From Prochlorococcus sp. AG-363-N20 (GTDB lineage Bacteria > Cyanobacteriota > Cyanobacteriia > PCC-6307 > Cyanobiaceae), in assembly GCA_003280105.1 (NCBI GenBank), contig QCFX01000002.1, positions 24,403-88,402 of the forward strand: 64,000 nt of DNA, written 5' to 3'. Below the pieces are notes generated by a model. It searched no databases and was not told the DNA's origin. It saw only the letters and a list, made by a program, of their open reading frames with translations. How positions within the stretch are numbered: position 1 is the first letter of the stretch; each line of letters begins with the position of its first letter. Made by a program: the position numbers and the translations under genes. Below, piece by piece: positions 10,227-20,466 of this stretch.

Positions 10227-11783
10227 ATGGGATTGCCCTGGTATCGGGTGCACAGCGTCGTTCTAAACGACCCCGGCCGACTCCTGGCCGTGCACCTCAT
10301 GCACACAGCTTTGTTAGCCGGTTGGGCCGGCTCCATGCTCCTATATGAATTAGCGATCTTCGATCCATCTGATCCAGTCCTGAACCCAATGTGGCGTCAA
10401 GGCATGTATGTCATGCCGATGACTGCTCGCTTAGGTGTTACAAGCAGCTGGAGCGGATGGGATCTAACCGGTGGAGTTGGATCATTCGATCTTGATTCAT
10501 TAGGTTTTTGGGGCAAGGCACTTCCTTATTCAACTTTTGAAGGAGTTGCAGTAGCACATATCTTCCTCAGCGGCCTATTGATCTTGGCTGCCATCTGGCA
10601 CTGGACCTACTGGGATCTAGAACTCTGGGAAGACACCCGGACAGGTGAAGCAGCACTTGATCTCCCCCAAATTTTTGGTATTCACCTCACACTCGCAGGT
10701 GTTATTTGCTTTGGATTTGGACTTGGCCATTGCTCATTAATAGGCCTATGGGTCTCCGATCCATATGGATTAACTGGCCATGTTGAAAAAGTCACTCCAT
10801 CTTGGGGTGCACAAGGGTTCAATCCGTTCAACCCTGGAGGCATAGCTGCCAACCACATTGGTGCAGGGCTTCTTGGCTTTATTGGTGGTCACTTCCATAT
10901 GACCAACCGGCCTGGAGAAAGGCTCTACCGGAACCTAAGGATGGGAAGCCTCGAAGGTGCACTAGCAAGTGCCCTAGCTGCTGTTCATTTCGCAGGAATG
11001 GTAGTAGCAGGAACCATGTGGTACGGCACAGCCAGCACTCCAATCGAGCTCTATGGTCCAACTCGTTATCAATGGGATAACAACTACTTCAAGACTGAAA
11101 TCAGTCGGAGAGTTCAATCAGAGGTAAATGGTGGGGCTTCCAAAGCAGAGGCTTACGCATCTATCCCTGAGAAGTTGGCTTTCTACGACTATGTAGGAAA
11201 TAGCCCAGCTAAAGGAGGACTATTCCGTCCAGGAGCCATGGTCAATGGAGATGGCGTGCCAACTGGCTGGCAAGGTCATATTGCTTTCACTGACAAGGAA
11301 GGTAATGAATTAGAAGTTCGCAGAATTCCTAATTTCTTTGAGAACTTCCCTGTCATTTTGGAAGACCAAGATGGAGTTGTTAGAGCCGACATCCCATTCC
11401 GTCGCGCAGAAGCTAAGTACTCCATCGAGCAAACGGGCGTAACCGCAACCATCTATGGCGGGGAATTAAATGGACAAACATTTAAAGATCCTGTTGTAGT
11501 TAAGCGTTTAGCTCGTAAAGCTCAACTAGGAGAAGCCTTTAAGTTCGATAGAGACCGTTACAAGTCAGACGGTGTTTTCCGAAGTGGTCCTAGAACTTGG
11601 TTTGCCTTTGCTCATGCGTGCTTTGGCTTGCTGTTTATTTTCGGACACTGGTGGCATGCTGGCCGAGCTCTGTTCAGCGATACCTGGACAGGTATCGATC
11701 CAGACATCGGCGATCAAGTGGAATTCGGTCTATTCAAAAAACTTGGAGACGACTCCACACGACGAGTCCCTGGGCGAGCCTAA
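10227..11783 (+). CDS. psbB: Photosystem II CP47 chlorophyll apoprotein
   Basis: [37 protein letters not shown]... is canonical CP47; 518 aa. Confidence 0.98.
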   Translation: MGLPWYRVHSVVLNDPGRLLAVHLMHTALLAGWAGSMLLYELAIFDPSDPVLNPMWRQGMYVMPMTARLGVTSSWSGWDLTGGVGSFDLDSLGFWGKALPYSTFEGVAVAHIFLSGLLILAAIWHWTYWDLELWEDTRTGEAALDLPQIFGIHLTLAGVICFGFGLGHCSLIGLWVSDPYGLTGHVEKVTPSWGAQGFNPFNPGGIAANHIGAGLLGFIGGHFHMTNRPGERLYRNLRMGSLEGALASALAAVHFAGMVVAGTMWYGTASTPIELYGPTRYQWDNNYFKTEISRRVQSEVNGGASKAEAYASIPEKLAFYDYVGNSPAKGGLFRPGAMVNGDGVPTGWQGHIAFTDKEGNELEVRRIPNFFENFPVILEDQDGVVRADIPFRRAEAKYSIEQTGVTATIYGGELNGQTFKDPVVVKRLARKAQLGEAFKFDRDRYKSDGVFRSGPRTWFAFAHACFGLLFIFGHWWHAGRALFSDTWTGIDPDIGDQVEFGLFKKLGDDSTRRVPGRA

Positions 11784-11827
11784 ATCAGGCAAACCTTTAA
11801 CTCAGGCAAACAAACCTAAGAATCTTT

Positions 11828-11929
11828 ATGGCAGCTTTCACTTACACACTTATCACCGCATTAGCGCTTGTGACCTTGTTCTTCTGTGTCGCTTTCCGCG
11901 ATCCCCCGAAGTTCAAAAGCAATCGATAA
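11828..11929 (+). CDS. psbT: Photosystem II reaction centre protein T
   Basis: Not in the ORF track (33 aa). Hand translation gives [33 protein letters not shown]. The [11 protein letters not shown] motif and the position just downstream of psbB are canonical. Confidence 0.9.
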   Translation: MAAFTYTLITALALVTLFFCVAFRDPPKFKSNR

Positions 11930-11936
11930 AAAAAAA

Positions 11937-11961
11937 GCCCCGCTTTCGCGGGGCTTTTTTT
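11937..11961 (+). terminator. Rho-independent terminator of psbB-psbT
   Basis: GCCCCGC-TTTC-GCGGGGC stem-loop followed by T7. An A-run upstream could also let it work on the opposite strand. Confidence 0.8.
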
Positions 11962-12127
11962 ATCTGGAAAGATCAAAAAAAGTGCTCTTTTGACTATTGA
12001 ATTTTCTTTATTTGATTTCCGAAAAAAAAATTTCAAGAAATCTATCCCAATAAATAACTAAGCCCCTTCTCATATCACAAATCAATGTATAAAGTAAGAA
12101 TAATTACTTTTCTATGAATAGGGCAGT

Positions 12128-12604
12128 ATGCAATGCCCCTCATGCCAAAACACAGATAGCAGAGTTCTTGAATCAAGAGCTGCAGACGCCGGCAGAAGTG
12201 TCCGTAGGCGTCGAGAATGCCTAAATTGTGATTTTCGTTTCACTACATACGAACGTGTTGAGACTGTTCCCATAATGGTTTTAAAACGTGATGGCAATAG
12301 AGAAATATTTAATAGAAGCAAGCTAATAACTGGATTGACAAGAGCTTGCGAAAAGACTTCTCTTAAAACCAGTCAAATAAATATGATGGTCGATGAATTA
12401 GAGCTTCAGTTACAGCAAGGAAATGTCAGAGAGGTCAATAGTTCAGAACTTGGCGAATTAGTTCTTAACCAGCTCAGGAACCTAAATGAAGTTGCATATG
12501 TTCGATTTGCCTCTGTTTATCGTCAGTTTCATGGCATCAATGATTTCGTGGCAACTTTAGAAACTTTTAAGCCTGACAAAGGCCAATTAGCAACTGTTGG
12601 TTAA
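12128..12604 (+). CDS. nrdR: Transcriptional repressor NrdR
   Basis: [17 protein letters not shown]...CLNC zinc ribbon followed by an ATP-cone; 158 aa. Confidence 0.93.
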   Translation: MQCPSCQNTDSRVLESRAADAGRSVRRRRECLNCDFRFTTYERVETVPIMVLKRDGNREIFNRSKLITGLTRACEKTSLKTSQINMMVDELELQLQQGNVREVNSSELGELVLNQLRNLNEVAYVRFASVYRQFHGINDFVATLETFKPDKGQLATVG

Positions 12605-12706
12605 AGAAGAAGAGGTCTATCTGTAGAGTGGCAAACAAACTTCCAAAAGGTCGGCGGGCCCTATTGGAATCTTTCGCACTGCTCATGGGCAGACCGCCAT
12701 TGCATC

Positions 12707-13792
12707 ATGTCAACTAATTCAAAGGAAACTACTCAGGAATTAAGTGCAGATAAAGAAAATCTTGATTCTGCTGAGAGTTCTGTTGATGCAAATCCAGAAT
12801 CTACTGAAGATTTAAGTATTCCCGCCGAAATACCAACAGCCGATGATCCCTCTAGTCGTGTCAAAAAGAAGGATTTAGATGGCGCTGGATTCACCATTGA
12901 TGAATTCGCATCGCTTCTAAGTAAATACGACTACAACTTCAAGCCAGGGGACATTGTTAACGGAACCGTTTTTGCTCTTGAGTCAAAAGGAGCAATGATT
13001 GATATAGGCGCGAAAACAGCAGCCTTTATGCCTATGCAAGAGGTATCCATAAATAGAGTTGAGGGATTAAGCGATGTCCTTCAACCATCCGAAGTAAGGC
13101 AATTCTTCATCATGAGTGAAGAGAATGAGGATGGACAACTTGCCCTGTCAATCAGGCGAATTGAATATCAAAGAGCTTGGGAACGTGTCCGGCAGCTGCA
13201 GAAAGAAGATGCAACAATCTATTCAGAAGTTTTTGCAACAAACCGAGGTGGCGCACTGGTCCGAGTAGAGGGGCTTAGAGGCTTTATACCTGGATCTCAC
13301 ATAAGTACCCGTAAAGCCAAAGAAGAACTTGTTGCTGATTTTCTTCCATTAAAGTTTCTTGAAGTTGATGAAGAAAGAAATCGTCTCGTGCTCAGCCATA
13401 GACGAGCACTAGTTGAAAGAAAGATGAATCGTCTTGAGGTCGGTGAGGTTGTTATCGGAACTGTTAGAGGAATTAAACCCTATGGAGCATTTATTGATAT
13501 AGGTGGAGTCAGTGGCCTCTTGCACATTTCAGAAATAAGTCATGAGCATATTGAGACCCCTCATTCAGTTCTTAATGTTAATGACCAAATGAAAGTAATG
13601 ATTATTGATCTAGATGCAGAGCGAGGGCGAATTTCATTGTCCACCAAAGCCCTAGAGCCAGAACCAGGAGACATGCTTACTGATCCCCAGAAAGTATTCG
13701 AAAAAGCCGAAGAAATGGCAGCGCGATATAAGCAAATGCTGCTTGAACAAGCTGAGGAAGGAGAAGACCCAATTGCAGTTATGACTGTCTAA
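12707..13792 (+). CDS. rpsA: 30S ribosomal protein S1 (cyanobacterial short form, three S1 domains)
   Basis: Repeated S1 motifs (GDIVNGTVFALESKGAMIDIGAKTAAFMP, GGALVRVEGLRGFIPGSH, GEVVIGTVRGIKPYGAFIDIGGVSGLLHISE); 361 aa. Confidence 0.9.
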   Translation: MSTNSKETTQELSADKENLDSAESSVDANPESTEDLSIPAEIPTADDPSSRVKKKDLDGAGFTIDEFASLLSKYDYNFKPGDIVNGTVFALESKGAMIDIGAKTAAFMPMQEVSINRVEGLSDVLQPSEVRQFFIMSEENEDGQLALSIRRIEYQRAWERVRQLQKEDATIYSEVFATNRGGALVRVEGLRGFIPGSHISTRKAKEELVADFLPLKFLEVDEERNRLVLSHRRALVERKMNRLEVGEVVIGTVRGIKPYGAFIDIGGVSGLLHISEISHEHIETPHSVLNVNDQMKVMIIDLDAERGRISLSTKALEPEPGDMLTDPQKVFEKAEEMAARYKQMLLEQAEEGEDPIAVMTV

Positions 13793-13808
13793 TCAATTCG
13801 CCAAAGCA

Positions 13809-14585
13809 ATGTCTAGGCTTCTGCTGAGAGGAGATCCCGTTGGCGAGATCAAAGCTGTTCTATTAGATAAAGATGGGACCCTTTCTAATAGTGAAGATCA
13901 TCTTGTAAGAGTCGCAAATCTAAGGATTCAAGAAGCCTTAAAAGTTTTCCAAGCAAATAAAGCCAGCCAAAAAAAGAAAAATGAACTCAAACATCTGCTT
14001 TCGAAAACGTATGGACTAACAACTCAAGGTCTTAGCCCAGCCGGAACAATGGCCATTGCATCACGCGAAAGCAACCTAATTTCTACGGCTACTGTCCTTT
14101 GCCTGCTAGGAGAGACTTGGCCTAGTGCTATAGATTTGGCAAATCAAATATTCGATTTAGCAGATGTCTTAGATAATCACCAAGCGTCACTCAAGATAGA
14201 CAGGGTTCTTCTCCCAGGCGTTTTAAACGCTTTAGAACATTTTCAGAATGAAGGATTGATCACAGGATTGATTAGTAATGACAGCCCAAAAGGTATCCAC
14301 AGCTTTCTAAATAAAAATAATATTGAAAGTTATATTGCAGCCTCATGGAGTGCCCAAAATACACCTCCCAAACCAAATCCAGCAGCAGTCAAAGGACTTT
14401 GCAAAATTCTTAAGATCGACCCTAAGGAATGTGCGCTAATTGGAGATGCTGACTCTGATCTACGAATGGCTAGAGAAGCAGGTGTAGCAATAGTTCTAGG
14501 ATATACATCGGGATGGGCTACCCCCCCCGAATTAACACAACACCAACATCTAATTCACCATTGGGATGAGATAAGAATTCAATAA
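13809..14585 (+). CDS. HAD-superfamily hydrolase (phosphatase-like)
   Basis: Motif I LLDKDGTL, motif II ISND and motif IV GDADSDLRMAREAG. Confidence 0.7.
   Translation: MSRLLLRGDPVGEIKAVLLDKDGTLSNSEDHLVRVANLRIQEALKVFQANKASQKKKNELKHLLSKTYGLTTQGLSPAGTMAIASRESNLISTATVLCLLGETWPSAIDLANQIFDLADVLDNHQASLKIDRVLLPGVLNALEHFQNEGLITGLISNDSPKGIHSFLNKNNIESYIAASWSAQNTPPKPNPAAVKGLCKILKIDPKECALIGDADSDLRMAREAGVAIVLGYTSGWATPPELTQHQHLIHHWDEIRIQ
14521..14528 (+). repeat. C8 homopolymer tract inside the HAD hydrolase CDS
   Basis: Read directly: gct acc ccc ccc gaa (A-T-P-P-E). Confidence 0.95.
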
Positions 14586-14617
14586 AACCCTAAAGTTCCA
14601 ATCGATATGAATTCACT

Positions 14618-15850
14618 ATGAGCAATTACGTCTTTACTTCCGAATCCGTCACAGAAGGCCATCCAGACAAAATTTGTGACCAAATTAGTGATGCAGTTCT
14701 TGATGCCCTTCTCACTCAAGATCCTCATAGCAGGGTTGCATGCGAAACAGTAGTAAATACTGGCCTCTGCCTAATCACAGGAGAAGTAACCTCAAAAGCC
14801 AAAGTTGATTTTATAAACCTTATCAGGGAAGTAATTAGCGAAATTGGTTATAGCGGTGCTAGGGCAGGAGGTTTTGATGCAAATAGCTGCGCAGTCCTTG
14901 TAGCACTTGATCAACAATCGCCTGATATTGCTCAAGGTGTCAATGAGGCTGATGACCATGACGGTGATCCTTTGGACAAGGTCGGTGCTGGTGATCAAGG
15001 CATCATGTTCGGCTATGCATGCAACGAGACCCCTGAACTTATGCCTCTCCCCATAAGCCTTGCACACAGGTTATCCAGACAACTTTCCATTGTTCGCCAC
15101 GATGGCTCATTGAATTACTTATTACCTGATGGAAAGACTCAAGTCAGTGTTGTTTACGAAGACGGTTACCCTGTAGCTATAGATACCATTTTAATTTCCA
15201 CTCAACATACTAGCGACATTGACGGAGTTTCTAGCGAGGAAGGAGTTCGAGCCCGAATTACAAAAGACCTCTGGGAACATGTAGTGATACCCGCAACATC
15301 TGACCTTCAACTAAAGCCAAATGCAGAGAAAACTCGCTTTCTAGTCAACCCCACTGGAAAATTTGTAGTAGGGGGACCACAAGGAGATGCAGGCCTGACT
15401 GGAAGAAAAATAATTGTGGATACTTATGGAGGGTATGCTCGTCATGGCGGCGGGGCTTTCTCCGGAAAAGATCCCACTAAAGTTGATAGATCAGCAGCAT
15501 ATGCAGCACGTTATGTTGCAAAATCCATCGTCGCTGCAGGCCTTGCGGGAAAAGTCGAGGTACAACTTAGTTATGCTATTGGGGTTGCCAACCCAGTTTC
15601 AATCCTTGTTGAAAGCTTTGGGAGTGGAACAATTTCAGATGTATCTCTAACCGAATTAGTCAAAAAGCATTTCGACCTTCGACCAGGGGCAATTATTAAA
15701 GAATTCAAGCTAAGAGAACTACCAGAAGCTAGAGGAGGGCGTTTTTATAGAGATACAGCTGCTTATGGACATTTTGGACGTCCGGACCTGAACTTACCTT
15801 GGGAAAACGTATTGGAAAAAGCTAAAGAGTTGAGAAGTTCTCCGACGTAA
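14618..15850 (+). CDS. metK: S-adenosylmethionine synthetase
   Basis: [36 protein letters not shown] and [16 protein letters not shown] signatures; 410 aa. Confidence 0.97.
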   Translation: MSNYVFTSESVTEGHPDKICDQISDAVLDALLTQDPHSRVACETVVNTGLCLITGEVTSKAKVDFINLIREVISEIGYSGARAGGFDANSCAVLVALDQQSPDIAQGVNEADDHDGDPLDKVGAGDQGIMFGYACNETPELMPLPISLAHRLSRQLSIVRHDGSLNYLLPDGKTQVSVVYEDGYPVAIDTILISTQHTSDIDGVSSEEGVRARITKDLWEHVVIPATSDLQLKPNAEKTRFLVNPTGKFVVGGPQGDAGLTGRKIIVDTYGGYARHGGGAFSGKDPTKVDRSAAYAARYVAKSIVAAGLAGKVEVQLSYAIGVANPVSILVESFGSGTISDVSLTELVKKHFDLRPGAIIKEFKLRELPEARGGRFYRDTAAYGHFGRPDLNLPWENVLEKAKELRSSPT

Positions 15851-15879
15851 AAGACTCTTTAAAATATGATGAGATCCCA

Positions 15880-17145
15880 ATGAAAAGTACTGATTTGTTC
15901 CTAGGCATTGATCTTGGAACAAGCGGGGTTCGAATAGTAGTTATTGATGCAAATAAAACAATAATCCATAGTGATAACATCTCCTATCCATCAGGCCTAG
16001 CCGTCTGCTCAGACTGGGAAAGTTGCTGCATAAAGCTGATCACAGAGATACCAAGTTCAATAAGAAATAACCTTAAGGCTTGCTCTATAGATGGAACTTC
16101 TGGGACTTTAGTTTCCTGTCAAAAAAATGGGGATCCAATATCAGAGGCCTTGCCTTATTACATGGAATGTATTGAACAAAAGGCAAAAATATTACAGCTT
16201 GTACCTGATAATCAAGTTGATATGGTTGGTAGTAGTTTTGCAAGAGCTCTTCAATTAATATCACAAAATGGTATGAATTCTATATTGCGTCATCAAGCAG
16301 ATTGGATGAGTGGATGGTTCATTGATGACTGGCGATATGGAGAGGAATCTAACAATCTCAAACTTGGATGGAATCCTATTAAAAGTTGCTGGCCAAAAGC
16401 TTTTGCAAATCTCGCCTGGAGAGAGAGTTTGCCTAAAGTAGTAAAAACTGGACAAGTAATTGGCAAGTTATCTTCAGCAAAAGCAAGAATACTAGGCTTG
16501 CCTCAGAGCATGTTAATTATTGCTGGTACAACCGATTCAAATGCTGCTGTAATTACAGCTAATCCAACACCTGAAGAAGGCATAACAGTCCTAGGAAGCA
16601 CAATTGTTCTTAAGCGTTTTGTGGAAACGCCATTAAAAGGTGCAGGAATTACGAATCATCGTATTTGTGATCACTGGTTGGCAGGAGGTTCTTCGAATGC
16701 AGGTGGAGCTGTTCTTAAAAAGTTTTTCTCTGAGCAACAAATTAAAGAATTAAGCAAACAAATCAACCCAGAAGTAGATAGCAATATAAAACTTCGTCCA
16801 CTCCCCTTTGCAGGAGAAAGGTTCCCAATTAATGATCCAACTTTACAGCCAATTTTAGGACCAAGACCAGTCAGTGATTCTCTTTACTTACATGCACTTC
16901 TCGAAAGCCTTGCAGAAATCGAAGCCCAAGGATGGCGCAGATTAGTAGATCTAGGAGCTGAAATGCCAAAGAGAATAGTGACAATTGGAGGTGGCGCATC
17001 TAATCCACAATGGAAGAGGTTAAGGGAGCGAAAAATTGGAGTGCAAATTAGGAGGTCTACAAATCCTCCTGCTCAAGGGGTAGCGATGATTGCATTAACA
17101 GCTATTTTAAATAGATCTATTTTGAACGATGCAAAGAACTCCTAA
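15880..17145 (+). CDS. FGGY-family carbohydrate kinase
   Basis: N-terminal FLGIDLGTSGVRIVVID actin-like ATPase motif and C-terminal GGGASNPQW motif; 421 aa. Confidence 0.78.
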   Translation: MKSTDLFLGIDLGTSGVRIVVIDANKTIIHSDNISYPSGLAVCSDWESCCIKLITEIPSSIRNNLKACSIDGTSGTLVSCQKNGDPISEALPYYMECIEQKAKILQLVPDNQVDMVGSSFARALQLISQNGMNSILRHQADWMSGWFIDDWRYGEESNNLKLGWNPIKSCWPKAFANLAWRESLPKVVKTGQVIGKLSSAKARILGLPQSMLIIAGTTDSNAAVITANPTPEEGITVLGSTIVLKRFVETPLKGAGITNHRICDHWLAGGSSNAGGAVLKKFFSEQQIKELSKQINPEVDSNIKLRPLPFAGERFPINDPTLQPILGPRPVSDSLYLHALLESLAEIEAQGWRRLVDLGAEMPKRIVTIGGGASNPQWKRLRERKIGVQIRRSTNPPAQGVAMIALTAILNRSILNDAKNS

Positions 17146-17337
17146 TTAGAGCTTGTATTAAAATTAGAATTACTATATTCCCCTATATATTTAACACTTT
17201 CTTTGTCTAATATGCATGTCGAAGTCAATCTGATAAAGCTTTAATACTCTTAGCCCTATCCCAAATTATCAGTTAAAGTCTTATTGTATGAATAGGCATA
17301 AACTATATATATTGGCCTGTTTTTGATTACGAATCTT

Positions 17338-17610
17338 ATGAACTCCGAGCCTCTCACAGATGAAGTAAGCAAAAGAATTTGCAATCACATGAACAAAGAC
17401 CACAAAGATGCTGTCATTTCCTATGCCATTCACTATGGAGAATTGCAAAATCCAATTGAAGCAACAATGCTGGCAATTAGCCCTCTTTCAATGAGATTGG
17501 CTGTAGATGGTATTGAAATTGAGATCCCTTTCGATCACAGGCTTGTTGATAGTGTGGATGCTCACAAAACCTTGGTTGCCATGATTGGAGAGGTCGCAAA
17601 GAGGCCTTAA
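17338..17610 (+). CDS. DUF2470-like small protein
   Basis: ICNHMNKDHKDAVISYA resembles the DUF2470 N-x-DH-x-D signature. The ORF opens at TTG 17323, but ATG 17338 is the more likely start. Confidence 0.55.
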   Translation: MNSEPLTDEVSKRICNHMNKDHKDAVISYAIHYGELQNPIEATMLAISPLSMRLAVDGIEIEIPFDHRLVDSVDAHKTLVAMIGEVAKRP

Positions 17611-17747
17611 GCCTCCGCAGCAGCCCTATCAATCCATTAAAGACCCAACTCAATAGGCATATAAGAAAAGCCCTCAGGAATAATGGCATCAACGATCTCC
17701 ACCCCACTCACACTGTGATCTAAAATCTATTGGTTGAGCAAAATCAT

Positions 17748-17820
17748 GCCGGGATAGCTCAGTTGGTAGAGCAGGCGACTGAAAATCGCCGTGTCCCCAG
17801 TTCAAATCTGGGTCCTGGCA
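17748..17820 (+). tRNA. tRNA-Phe (anticodon GAA)
   Basis: Hand-folded cloverleaf: acceptor GCCGGGA/TCCTGGC (one G-U pair), D arm GCTC-AGTTGGTA-GAGC, anticodon arm GGCGA-CTGAAAA-TCGCC and T arm CCCAG-TTCAAAT-CTGGG. Confidence 0.92.
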
Positions 17821-17985
17821 CCTCTAATACTATAAGAATCGCTTGCTTCTTCTAGGAGAAGAGTTTAGTTGTCTCAATACAGACAGATGGGGAACAAAAT
17901 TGATGGATTGGCAACAAGAATCTATGGGCTTTTCTCTATCTACTGCAAGCCAAAAGGAACACCTTTCAAAGCCTGAAACTATTAA

Positions 17986-19008
17986 ATGACTGTATTAGTT
18001 ACTGGTGCTGCTGGTTTTATTGGTTTTCACCTCAGCAAAAGATTAATTGAAAGAGGAACACCTGTAATTGGTTTCGACAATTTAAATTCTTATTATGATC
18101 CTAGGTTGAAAGGAGCTCGATTAAAAGAACTAGAGGCAGTTGCCAATAAAACCGGGAATTACTTTTCCTTGATCAAAGGCGACCTTGAAGACCAAGAAGC
18201 TGTAAAGGACGCTTTCACCAAAAACAATCCAAGAAAAGTAGTAAACCTGGCAGCTCAAGCGGGAGTTCGATATTCAATTGAGAATCCTTCTGCATATGTA
18301 AATTCAAACCTCGTTGGATTTGGGCATATTCTCGAAGGTTGTCGAGCCAATGAAGTTGAGCATATGGTTTATGCAAGTAGTAGTTCAGTGTATGGAGGGA
18401 ATACCAATCTCCCTTTCATCGAAAATCAAGGGGTTGATCATCCGGTTAGCTTGTATGCCGCAAGCAAAAAGGCAAATGAATTAATGGCTCATTCATATAG
18501 CCACCTTTACAACTTGCCCTCGACAGGCCTCCGCTTTTTTACTGTCTATGGGCCATGGGGACGTCCAGACATGGCCTTATTTCTATTCACTAGAGCAATT
18601 TTGTCTGGCGAACCAATTCAAATATTTAATCAAGGGCAAATGGTTCGAGACTTCACATACATAGATGACATTATTGAAAGTCTCATCAGAGTCTTGGACA
18701 AACCAGCAACTCCTGATCAAAATTTCAACCCGAAAACCCCTAATCCAGCCACAAGTTGGGCTCCGCATCGAATTTTCAATATCGGGAATTCGAATCCCAC
18801 ACCATTAATGGATTACATCAGTGCTGTTGAAGAGGCTCTTGGGATCAAAGCAAAAAAAGAGTTCTTACCTATGCAACCTGGGGATGTTCCAGCAACTGCA
18901 GCAGACACAAATGCTTTAGAAGCATGGACAGGCTTCAAGCCCAATACGAGTGTGAAAGAAGGCGTTGCAAAGTTTGTTGCTTGGTATCGTCGATTTTATT
19001 CACTGTAA
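17986..19008 (+). CDS. NAD-dependent UDP-glucuronate (or UDP-GlcNAcA) 4-epimerase, CapI/TviC/LpsL-like
   Basis: VTGAAGFIGFH Rossmann motif, YAASKKANE catalytic YxxxK and FFTVYGPWGRPDMA, typical of uronate 4-epimerases. Confidence 0.82.
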   Translation: MTVLVTGAAGFIGFHLSKRLIERGTPVIGFDNLNSYYDPRLKGARLKELEAVANKTGNYFSLIKGDLEDQEAVKDAFTKNNPRKVVNLAAQAGVRYSIENPSAYVNSNLVGFGHILEGCRANEVEHMVYASSSSVYGGNTNLPFIENQGVDHPVSLYAASKKANELMAHSYSHLYNLPSTGLRFFTVYGPWGRPDMALFLFTRAILSGEPIQIFNQGQMVRDFTYIDDIIESLIRVLDKPATPDQNFNPKTPNPATSWAPHRIFNIGNSNPTPLMDYISAVEEALGIKAKKEFLPMQPGDVPATAADTNALEAWTGFKPNTSVKEGVAKFVAWYRRFYSL

Positions 19009-19040
19009 GTCGTTTAAATTGTTAATTCACTAAAGACGCT

Positions 19041-20411
19041 ATGGGGTTACCTGCACACAAAAACTGCACTGTAGCGATCATAGGACTTGGCTACGTTGGA
19101 CTCCCTTTGGCAGTTGAATTTGCTAAACGCCAAAATTGTGTCCGGACTGGAGAAACTCTGACCCGAAAAGTGATTGGTTTTGACATAAACAAGGAAAGAT
19201 TGGCTGAACTTCGAGATGGATTAGATAAAAGCAATGAAATAACCAAAGATGAGCTTGATCAAGCTATCTATTTAGAGTTGACCAATGACACGTCACTACT
19301 AGCAACAGCAGATATATTTGTTGTTACTGTGCCAACCCCTATAGACCGATCAAAGCGCCCAGACCTCAAACCTTTGGAGATGGCCTCTTCAACGGTTGGT
19401 AAAGCCTTGCAAGAAAGAGCAAAGTCTCGCTTATCAAAAGGCAATTTATCAATTCCTGTGATTGTTTATGAGAGCACCGTTTACCCAGGAGCTACTGAAG
19501 AAGTGTGTGTACCTATTCTAGAAAGCGAGTCCGGGTTGGCGTTTAACAAGATTGACTCATCTAAAGGTTTTGTATGTGGATACAGTCCTGAGAGAATCAA
19601 CCCAGGAGACAAGGAACATCGTCTCACTACAATTACAAAAGTAACCAGCGGAAGCACCCCTGAAGCAGCACAATGGGTCGATGACTTTTATGGTTCCATT
19701 GTAAAAGCAGGAACTTTCAAAGCCCCGTCAATAAAAGTTGCGGAGGCAGCGAAGGTTATCGAGAACACTCAAAGAGATCTAAATATCGCTTTAGCCAATG
19801 AATTAGCAATTATTTTCAGACGACAAGGAATCGATACTCTTGATGTACTTGAAACAGCCGGAACTAAATGGAACTTTTTACCCTTTAGGCCTGGATTGGT
19901 TGGAGGGCATTGTATTGGGGTCGATCCTTATTACCTCACCTACAAAGCTGAACAACTCGGCTATCACCCCCAAGTTGTTTTAGCGGGGAGACGAATCAAT
20001 GATGGGATGGGAGTTTGGATTGTTGAACAACTTGTACTTTCTATGGCCCGTCAAGGGCTAATCATTGGAGGGACAAAAGTTCTAATCCTTGGACTCAGCT
20101 TCAAAGAAAATTGCCCTGATTTACGCAACACAAAAGTCATTGATGTAATTCAAGCGTTGAGGTCTTATGCAATGGAACCAATAATTGTGGACCCTTGGAT
20201 TGACCCTCTGGCAGCAAAACATGAATATGGCTTAGAAGTATTGAAAGAAATTCCTTTTGGCCCTAAGTATAAAGCTATAATTGCTGCTGTTGCTCACTGG
20301 CAATTTGCCCAGATGCCTTCTGAGCAATGGCAACTAATGATTGATGAACAATCACTCTTAATAGATTTAAAAGGTATGGTCCCAAGAGAATTGGAGCCCA
20401 TTCGATTGTGA
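19041..20411 (+). CDS. Nucleotide-sugar 6-dehydrogenase (UDP-glucose / UDP-N-acetylhexosamine dehydrogenase family, TviB/WbpO-like)
   Basis: IGLGYVGLPLAVEFA NAD fold, central GGHCIGVDPYY catalytic Cys region and C-terminal UDP-binding domain; 456 aa. Confidence 0.85.
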   Translation: MGLPAHKNCTVAIIGLGYVGLPLAVEFAKRQNCVRTGETLTRKVIGFDINKERLAELRDGLDKSNEITKDELDQAIYLELTNDTSLLATADIFVVTVPTPIDRSKRPDLKPLEMASSTVGKALQERAKSRLSKGNLSIPVIVYESTVYPGATEEVCVPILESESGLAFNKIDSSKGFVCGYSPERINPGDKEHRLTTITKVTSGSTPEAAQWVDDFYGSIVKAGTFKAPSIKVAEAAKVIENTQRDLNIALANELAIIFRRQGIDTLDVLETAGTKWNFLPFRPGLVGGHCIGVDPYYLTYKAEQLGYHPQVVLAGRRINDGMGVWIVEQLVLSMARQGLIIGGTKVLILGLSFKENCPDLRNTKVIDVIQALRSYAMEPIIVDPWIDPLAAKHEYGLEVLKEIPFGPKYKAIIAAVAHWQFAQMPSEQWQLMIDEQSLLIDLKGMVPRELEPIRL

Positions 20412-20466
20412 TCAACAATCCAGAGTTATATATATTTTTTGTTAGTCCTTCTTCTAAGAAGCCTGG

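Noticed and set aside
10802-12036. ORFs 10802..11080, 10879..11061, 11572..12000, 11597..11800 and 11842..12036
   Set aside because: They are out-of-frame or antisense to psbB, or run through psbT and its terminator.
17611-17747. CCACTCACAC motif upstream of tRNA-Phe, reminiscent of the Yfr1 sRNA core ACUCCUCACAC
   Set aside because: The match is only partial, and I could not fold the two flanking GC hairpins that define Yfr1.
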